Assembly: GCA_041601615.1 (NCBI GenBank)
Contig: JBFIHX010000002.1
Location: forward strand, 128,001 to 192,000
From: Thermoplasmatota archaeon
Lineage (GTDB): Archaea > Thermoplasmatota > E2 > JACPAO01 > JAHFTW01
Reading direction: 5' to 3'
DNA: 64,000 nucleotides
Below the pieces are notes generated by a model. The model worked only from the letters and a program-made list of their open reading frames with translations, made no database searches and was not told where the DNA came from. The position numbers and the translations under genes were made by a program. Shown here piece after piece: positions 57,829-64,000 of this stretch; within the stretch, counting starts at the first letter, position 1, and every line of letters begins with the position of its first letter.

Positions 57829-59265
57829 ATGCGCCTGGACGTTTCCACCTGGGTTGCCGCGCTCATGACGCTCGCCGTCGTGTTCTCCGGTTGCCTCCAA
57901 GATGTTGAAGAAAACCCCGACAAGCTCAACGTGGGCAACACAACAAAGCTCGCCCACACAATACCCGTCGAAGTGCTCAACTCCATTGGCCTCAACGAAT
58001 CCATCGTCACCGCAGCCATTGGCTACGCCAGCGACTTGTATGAGCCAACCATGGAAGTGTCCGACAGCGGCGTCATCTACGTCACCGGCCACACCATCGG
58101 CGCAGACACCACCGGCGCCCCCGTGTTCTTCAGCAAGGACGACGGCGCCACCTGGGCCCAACTGCCCTTCCTACTCACCGCCACGATGCCCGCCGACATG
58201 CACGGCGCCACCCCCCCGCCCAGCGACGAAATCTTCCTCGTAGCCGGCGACAATGGCCAACTCTGGGGCGTCGACATCACCCTTCTGACCTTCCCCGTCA
58301 ACGGCTGGTGCAACAACGGCGGCGACCACTGCTACCACAACCCCAACGCCTACGACCCAGCCCAAGCCATGACCAGCCGCGCCGACGCCGTAGCCGGTGA
58401 ATCCAGCTCGTGCAGCCTTCTGAATCTCAACGACCGGCCCTGGGCCGCGTACGGCAACGGCAAACTGCTGATGGTCAACAACCCCGGCGGCGGACCCGTG
58501 CAAGTAGGTATCATGGACGTACCCCCCGCCAACCTCGTCGGCGGCCCCACCGTCGGCCCTACGGGAGCCACCTGGAACCTCTGCGCCGGCGCCGGCGGCG
58601 GAGCCATCCCCGGCATCCCCGACATGCGCGACGACCACTTCTTTGCCGTGCCGCAAGTACAACGAGATCAACTGGTCATCGTCAAGGGACACGACGGCGA
58701 CGTCATGAACGTGCAACAAGTCCACGTCCTCAACAACACCAACACCGGCGGCGGCACCAGCAACTACGGCCAAGTGGTCTTCGACGCCGACGGCACCATG
58801 TTCCTCGGCATCCGCAACAACACCAAAGAAAACAGCCTAGGCGAACGCACCGGCCAACTCCAACTCGCCGTCAGCACCGACGACGGTGAAAGCTTCGTCA
58901 CCCGCACCCTGGTCATCGGCACCCCCACCACCAGCATCTACCTCGACGGCAACATGAACGGCCCCGGAGCCCTGCTCACCTGGGCCCAAGAAGGCGAAAC
59001 CCGAACCGACTGGTACGTGGCCCACCTCGCGCTTGGCCCCAACGGCGAACCGCAAGTGTCCAACGTCAGCCTCGTCGTCGATGAAGGCCCCGCGCCCTCG
59101 GCACACGTCCAAGGCGCCGCCCTCGGCCCCGACGGTCGCGCCCACATCGTGACCTTCCACGGCGGCTACGGCCCCCTCGACCGCGCCACCCCGCTGCACG
59201 TCTGGAGCCAATCCAGCGGCCCCACCCTGCCCGTGGCCGCCGTTGCAGCCGACACGGTCGCCTAG
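57829..59265 (+). CDS. BNR/sialidase-like lipoprotein
   Basis: FSGC lipobox; YEPT, SKDDGATW, DRPW, STDDGESF. Confidence 0.8.
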   Translation: MRLDVSTWVAALMTLAVVFSGCLQDVEENPDKLNVGNTTKLAHTIPVEVLNSIGLNESIVTAAIGYASDLYEPTMEVSDSGVIYVTGHTIGADTTGAPVFFSKDDGATWAQLPFLLTATMPADMHGATPPPSDEIFLVAGDNGQLWGVDITLLTFPVNGWCNNGGDHCYHNPNAYDPAQAMTSRADAVAGESSSCSLLNLNDRPWAAYGNGKLLMVNNPGGGPVQVGIMDVPPANLVGGPTVGPTGATWNLCAGAGGGAIPGIPDMRDDHFFAVPQVQRDQLVIVKGHDGDVMNVQQVHVLNNTNTGGGTSNYGQVVFDADGTMFLGIRNNTKENSLGERTGQLQLAVSTDDGESFVTRTLVIGTPTTSIYLDGNMNGPGALLTWAQEGETRTDWYVAHLALGPNGEPQVSNVSLVVDEGPAPSAHVQGAALGPDGRAHIVTFHGGYGPLDRATPLHVWSQSSGPTLPVAAVAADTVA

Positions 59266-59434
59266 CATCGCATAGCCAAGCTTTGCCCTCTCCCCTCTTT
59301 CCTATCCCTCGTGCCTACTCCTTCGCTCTGTTCCTCGCCTGCCGCCTCCGTCCATTGCTTTGCTTGCGGCCTATGGCTCAAATGCTCTCGACCCTCTGCC
59401 CGCACAGGGCCCATGGTCCTACAGCCGGTGCTCC

Positions 59435-60409
59435 ATGACCTACGCCATTGAAACCAACCAATTGACCAAACGATACGGCGAAACCGCCGCCCTCGACGGC
59501 ATCGACCTTCGTATCCCCAAAGGCACCGTCTACGGCTTGCTCGGCCCCAACGGAGCCGGAAAAACCACCACCATCCGCGTGCTTGCCACGCTTGCCAAAC
59601 CAACCTCCGGCAGTGCCACCGTCCTCGGCCTCGACGTAGTGCGCGACGCCGCCGCCGTACGCCAAAAAGTCAGCCTCACCGGACAATACGCCTCCGTAGA
59701 CGAGGAACTCAACGGCCACGAAAACCTCGTACTCGTCGGACGATTGCTCGGACTCCCATGGAAAGCCGCCCGCCGCCGCGCCACTGAACTTCTTGACGCA
59801 TTCGGACTCGCGGACGCCGCCAAACGCCAAGTGCGCACCTACTCCGGCGGCATGCGACGCCGCATCGACATCGCCGCCAGCCTCGTCAGCACACCTGAGA
59901 TCCTATTCTTGGACGAGCCCACCACCGGCCTCGACCCGCGCAGCCGCAACCAAGTCTGGGACATCATCCGACACATCGCAGGCCAAGGAACCACTGTACT
60001 CCTGACCACGCAATACCTCGAAGAAGCCGACCGCCTCGCCGACCGCATGGCCGTCATCGACCACGGCCGCGTCATCGCCGAAGGCACCAGCCGCGAACTC
60101 AAAGCCTCCGTCGGCGCCAACGCCATGCACATCCACCTCACGGACCCCCAACAACGCGAAACAGCACACGGAGTCGTCACCAAACTCCTAGGCGACGGCG
60201 TCCTGCCCGCCACCGAGGCCAGCATCCTCACCGTACAACTTTCCAGCGTCGCAGACGCCTCCAAAGTCCTGGCAAACCTCCACAAAGCAAAGATCGGAAT
60301 CACCGAATTTTCCCTCGGAAGCCCCAGCCTAGACGACGTGTTTTTCGCACTCACCGGCAAACCCGCAGAACCCAAAGCCGACGCGGGAACCTTGGAGGTC
60401 ACTGCATGA
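59435..60409 (+). CDS. DrrA-type ABC exporter ATP-binding protein
   Basis: [55 protein letters not shown]. Confidence 0.93.
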   Translation: MTYAIETNQLTKRYGETAALDGIDLRIPKGTVYGLLGPNGAGKTTTIRVLATLAKPTSGSATVLGLDVVRDAAAVRQKVSLTGQYASVDEELNGHENLVLVGRLLGLPWKAARRRATELLDAFGLADAAKRQVRTYSGGMRRRIDIAASLVSTPEILFLDEPTTGLDPRSRNQVWDIIRHIAGQGTTVLLTTQYLEEADRLADRMAVIDHGRVIAEGTSRELKASVGANAMHIHLTDPQQRETAHGVVTKLLGDGVLPATEASILTVQLSSVADASKVLANLHKAKIGITEFSLGSPSLDDVFFALTGKPAEPKADAGTLEVTA

Positions 60410-61233
60410 GCGCCGACAACCTCGCCGACGGCGAAGGACTTCGCCGGGTGCTTTCCAATCAAGCCCGCCCGCAACCCGCCAGCGCACTGGCCGCAACCAC
60501 CACCCTCGCCTGGCGCGCCATGCTCAAAATCAAGCACGTGCCGTTCCAGCTCTTCGACGTGACCGTCATGCCAATCATGTTCACGCTGCTGTTTACGTTC
60601 ATGTTCGGCGGAGCACTGGCCGGATCACCACGAGAATACCTCCAGTACCTCTTGCCCGGCATCCTCGTGCAGACCATCCTGTTCATCACGGTCTACACCG
60701 GCGTCGGCCTCAACACGGACATCCAAAAAGGCCTCTTTGATCGCTTCCGCACCCTCCCCATGTGGCAACCGGCCCCCATCCTCGGCGCCCTCGCAGGCGA
60801 CCTATTTCGCTACACCGTCGCGTCCGCCGTCATCCTCGCCGTCGGTTTCATCCTCGGCTTCCGACCCGACGGCGGCTTCCTCGGCGTGCTCGCCGCCTTC
60901 GGCCTCGTATTGGTGTTCGCGCTGGCGCTCTCGTGGATTTGGATCATCTTCGGCATGAAGGTCAAAACGCCCGAATCGGTCATGACCACGAGCTTCATTT
61001 TCCTCATGCCGCTGACCTTCGCCAGCAACATCTTCGTCGGCCTCGAAACCATGCCCGGCTGGTTGCGCACGGTCGTCGGCAACAACCCCGTCACCCATCT
61101 TGCCAGCGCATCCCGGGCCCTCATGCATGGAGAACCGGCCGGCATCGAAGTGCTCTGGGTGCTCGGAACCTCCGCCGCATTCGTGCTCGTGGCGGCCCCC
61201 GTGGCGATGCGCATGTACCACAAGGAGCGGTAG
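60406..61233 (+). CDS. DrrB-type ABC exporter permease
   Basis: KIKHVPFQLFD, YLQYLLPG, GLFDRFRTLP, MPGWL..NPV; ATGA overlap. Confidence 0.92.
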   Translation: MSADNLADGEGLRRVLSNQARPQPASALAATTTLAWRAMLKIKHVPFQLFDVTVMPIMFTLLFTFMFGGALAGSPREYLQYLLPGILVQTILFITVYTGVGLNTDIQKGLFDRFRTLPMWQPAPILGALAGDLFRYTVASAVILAVGFILGFRPDGGFLGVLAAFGLVLVFALALSWIWIIFGMKVKTPESVMTTSFIFLMPLTFASNIFVGLETMPGWLRTVVGNNPVTHLASASRALMHGEPAGIEVLWVLGTSAAFVLVAAPVAMRMYHKER

Positions 61234-61245
61234 GGGCAGAAGGAA

Positions 61246-62496
61246 TCAGCTCGCTCGCAATTCCGCAGGCGTGCCCAGAATCTCCACGTCGTTGCCTGTC
61301 AGCCGGAACACGATGCTTGCTTCATTGTCGCTGGTGTCCGATTCCACGAGTGTGCCATCGGGGTCGGCAACATTGACCAATTCATAGACGCCGTCGGGAA
61401 CGCCCGCCATGTCCACATATTGGTCTGCTAGGTAGTATCCATACAAGTCGTACCACCCAGCACTGACTCCCATGCGCGGCTCAATGGTCGCCAGGACGAT
61501 TTCCACCGGGAGCGGCAGCTCGCCATCTAGGCACTTGTAGCCCCCTGCCGAAGTGCCAAGGCTGCCCGGTTGGGCTAGGCCCCAATCCTCGAAGCAGAAC
61601 CCCGTCTTGCGGCCGGAGTTCACGGCCTCGCCGCGGGACAAGGTATCCAAGTCGTAGCCGTACACGGTGGCTCCGAGGGCGCCTTCGTAATGGAAATGGC
61701 TGTGAAACGGGTGGAACCGGGCAGGAGCCGCGGGAACCTCTCGTTCTCCATTTGCCGTTTGGATGACCTGGATCCATTGCCGTTGTGCGTTGGTCTCGTC
61801 GTTCAAATGCGCCACGAGGTCGCCTGCACCCGTGTTCGTAAAGCCACTCGAAAAGCGCAAGCAACGGCGCGAGCCTTGCTCCACGAACTCCTCGGCAAGG
61901 CAACCGCTGCCCAGCACGGGCCCCAGCGGGACGAACAGGTCGTCAAAGATTTCCAAGTGCGCCGGCACTAAGGCCCCCAGATTGGGCAACAAATCGTCGG
62001 AAGCATCCGGAACCGGGGCAGTCTCCAGTTGCACAACCACCTCAAATGGAACATCCTCCGATAGCTCTGGTGCGGCTTGGATGCGCAATTCGTAGGAACC
62101 CGACTGCGCCGTCTTCATGAGGGAGACGCTGGAGTAGTACAAGTCCGTCGCAGAAGCAACTTGGATGGCCTCTCCGGCTCGGTGCAAGGACGAAGTGTAC
62201 GCATGCCGGATGGAACCATACGGACGGTAGTCCCAAGTGACGCTCGCCTCCAAATTCAAATCGCTGCCCTCGGGAACGGACACCTGGAATTGGTACACGG
62301 GGCACGCCGAGGTGCATTGGCCAAGCCAGCGCAAAGGCTCCGTGCCGGTGGTGGCCGCCGCACTTGCCAAAGCGTCCTGAGGCGACGTTGCCAATCGAGG
62401 AACGTTGTTGGACAAAAGATCATCTTGGCCCGGTTCAGAACCGCCAAGACAACCGCCCAAGGACATAAACAGAAGCAGAACGAGCACTACCCGCAT
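61246..62496 (-). CDS. Lysyl oxidase-like lipoprotein (second paralogue)
   Basis: LGGC lipobox; RCLRF, FHPFHSHFHY, GRKTGFCFED, GVSAGWYDLY, DQYVD..DGVYEL..DPD..ES..DN. Confidence 0.85.
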   Translation of the reverse strand: MRVVLVLLLFMSLGGCLGGSEPGQDDLLSNNVPRLATSPQDALASAAATTGTEPLRWLGQCTSACPVYQFQVSVPEGSDLNLEASVTWDYRPYGSIRHAYTSSLHRAGEAIQVASATDLYYSSVSLMKTAQSGSYELRIQAAPELSEDVPFEVVVQLETAPVPDASDDLLPNLGALVPAHLEIFDDLFVPLGPVLGSGCLAEEFVEQGSRRCLRFSSGFTNTGAGDLVAHLNDETNAQRQWIQVIQTANGEREVPAAPARFHPFHSHFHYEGALGATVYGYDLDTLSRGEAVNSGRKTGFCFEDWGLAQPGSLGTSAGGYKCLDGELPLPVEIVLATIEPRMGVSAGWYDLYGYYLADQYVDMAGVPDGVYELVNVADPDGTLVESDTSDNEASIVFRLTGNDVEILGTPAELRAS

Positions 62497-62595
62497 ACGT
62501 TGGGCAAGAATGAGGGGTGGAAAAGGGATGCTGGGTAGTAGGTGCCGGAGCTGGCAGAGAAACATCGCGTTGCTCGGCTTCTCTACCGCCCCCCA

Positions 62596-62679
62596 AGCGC
62601 CTGTCGGCGCTCGGGGTCCGCTCGGCCTGCGGCCTCGCTGCGTTGAAGAAACTTCGCTGCGCTCAGCATCTTCAACGCA
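62596..62679. repeat. REP-like multi-hairpin element
   Basis: AGCGCC-tgtc-GGCGCT hairpin (62596-62611) and 11-bp stem TGCGTTGAAGA/TCTTCAACGCA (62639-62679) enclosing CTTCGCTGCGCTCAG. Confidence 0.55.
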
Positions 62680-62785
62680 CTTTGTAATCGGTCCAATGGT
62701 CAGTACGTAGAACACACATAGAACACGGGTTCTCGCTCGGCAAGGGGTGCAAACGCGAGTGGGACTTAGGGGAATGCCCGCACGG

Positions 62786-63559
62786 CTATTCGAACCGTAC
62801 AGCGCGCATGGACAAGTCGCCCATGTCGAATCCCTCGATGGGGAAAGAGACCTCGTCCCCTTCCGCAACCCCCGCGGCGTACAGCAAGGGCAGGTAATGG
62901 TCGGGCGTGGGGTGTGCGTCTCGACCAACGTCGGTCTGAAGAGCCGATAGCAGCCATTGTTTGTCGCCTTGCTCTACGGCTTTTGCCGCGCGTTCATCGA
63001 ACTCGGCGGTTTGAGGTTCGGTGCTGGTGTCCCGGACCCGCATCTTGTGGAAGGCGCGACCAAAGTTGTGCGTGATGTTGCCGGAGCCCACGATGAGCAC
63101 ACCCTCATCCCGCACCGGGCGAAGGGCTTGCCCGATGGCCCAATGGGTCTCCATGGCCGCCGTGGCGTCGATGCTGACTTGGACAATCGGCACGTCGGCT
63201 TTCGGGTACATGTGGCGTAGGACGCTCCATGTGCCGTGGTCGATGCCCCAGTCGTGGCGCACGTCGGCTCCGACGTCTTGGAGCAAGTCTGCGGTCTCTA
63301 TGGCGAGATTCGGGTCGCCTTTGACGGGGTATTGCACGTCGTACAATTCGGGTGGAAATCCCCCGAAGTCGTGGATGGTCTCTGGGTCGTCGTTGCCCGT
63401 GATGTGGGTTCCTTGGGTGTAGTAGTGGGCAGAGATTGCCAGCACGGCCCACGGCGTGGGGATGCCATCGCTCAATCCTTGGAACGCCTTGCTCCATTGA
63501 TTGTCTTGGATCGCATTCATGGGGTTGCCGTGGCCCACGAACAGTGCTGGCATCGTCAT
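62786..63559 (-). CDS. ygiD: 4,5-DOPA extradiol dioxygenase (YgiD/LigB family)
   Basis: LFVGHGNPMNA, ISAH, TIHDFGGFP, GIDHGTW, GSGNITHN, AHPTPDHYLPL. Confidence 0.92.
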   Translation of the reverse strand: MTMPALFVGHGNPMNAIQDNQWSKAFQGLSDGIPTPWAVLAISAHYYTQGTHITGNDDPETIHDFGGFPPELYDVQYPVKGDPNLAIETADLLQDVGADVRHDWGIDHGTWSVLRHMYPKADVPIVQVSIDATAAMETHWAIGQALRPVRDEGVLIVGSGNITHNFGRAFHKMRVRDTSTEPQTAEFDERAAKAVEQGDKQWLLSALQTDVGRDAHPTPDHYLPLLYAAGVAEGDEVSFPIEGFDMGDLSMRAVRFE

Positions 63560-64000
63560 CAGTGCCTCAGGTGGAACCCGATGTCTGGGCCCATTCCAAT
63601 GACGTAACCGAGTTGGATGTTCAAGTATCCAAGGGGTTCGAGGAGCCGGGCGTTCTGGAGGGGTCCTGCGTCCACGGCGTCGAAGCCGATGGCCTTGGCC
63701 AGGTCAATCACGCGTTGCTTGGCTTCGGCATCGTCTCCGGCGACGAACGTGGTGAGTTGTTCGCCCTTGAGCCGGCCGGTGTTCATGTGTTGGGCGAAGA
63801 TGCCGTTGAACGCCTTGACGACGCGAGCATCCGGGACAGCCTTCTGTAGCTCTTCGGCCCCACTAGTCGTGTAGCCGAGCGCCAGCTGCATGTCCTCCGC
63901 CAGGGCATTGGTGACGTCGATGACGGTCTTGCCGACCCAAGTCGAGCCGGCCGTCTTGACGACGTCCTGCACGGCGCCAAACGGCACCGCCAGGATGATG
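63559..64000 (-). CDS. NADPH-dependent F420 reductase-like oxidoreductase, C-terminal part (5' end outside the window)
   Basis: IILAVPF, GKTVIDVTN, SGAEELQ, VVKAFN, AGDDAEAK, DAGPL..AR.LEP. Confidence 0.88.
   Translation of the reverse strand, partial: IILAVPFGAVQDVVKTAGSTWVGKTVIDVTNALAEDMQLALGYTTSGAEELQKAVPDARVVKAFNGIFAQHMNTGRLKGEQLTTFVAGDDAEAKQRVIDLAKAIGFDAVDAGPLQNARLLEPLGYLNIQLGYVIGMGPDIGFHLRH

Overview
High-GC archaeal chromosomal window. Archaeal origin is shown by TiaS, aIF5B, RadB, a FEN1 homologue, archaeosortase-type C-termini and ORB-like repeats; a Thermoplasmatota-type aerobic heterotroph is my inference. About 58 CDS are supported: housekeeping genes (tiaS, infB, ndk, icd, radB, Dus, deoxyhypusine synthase-like), three ABC exporters, two MscS channels, ZIP and CDF metal transporters, and a large secreted or surface set (four BNR/sialidase-like propellers, two LVIVD lipoproteins, two lysyl-oxidase-like lipoproteins). 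I saw no rRNA, tRNA, CRISPR array or transposase. The main observations are: (1) a candidate replication origin at about 28.2-31.3 kb made of two inverted pairs of 22-bp ORB-like boxes, split by an amidohydrolase gene and a (CAC)27 tract, with no orc1/cdc6 in the window; (2) a dispersed family of small secreted Cys-bracketed peptides with 11-mer amphipathic repeats; (3) two LOX-like lipoproteins that keep the Cu/LTQ motifs; (4) an RLAN/ATP-grasp/GNAT operon with an apparent ACG start, divergent from a DHS-like gene; (5) a twin 12-bp palindrome and a 76-bp exact direct repeat. All functional calls come from reading motifs by eye; no database search was run.
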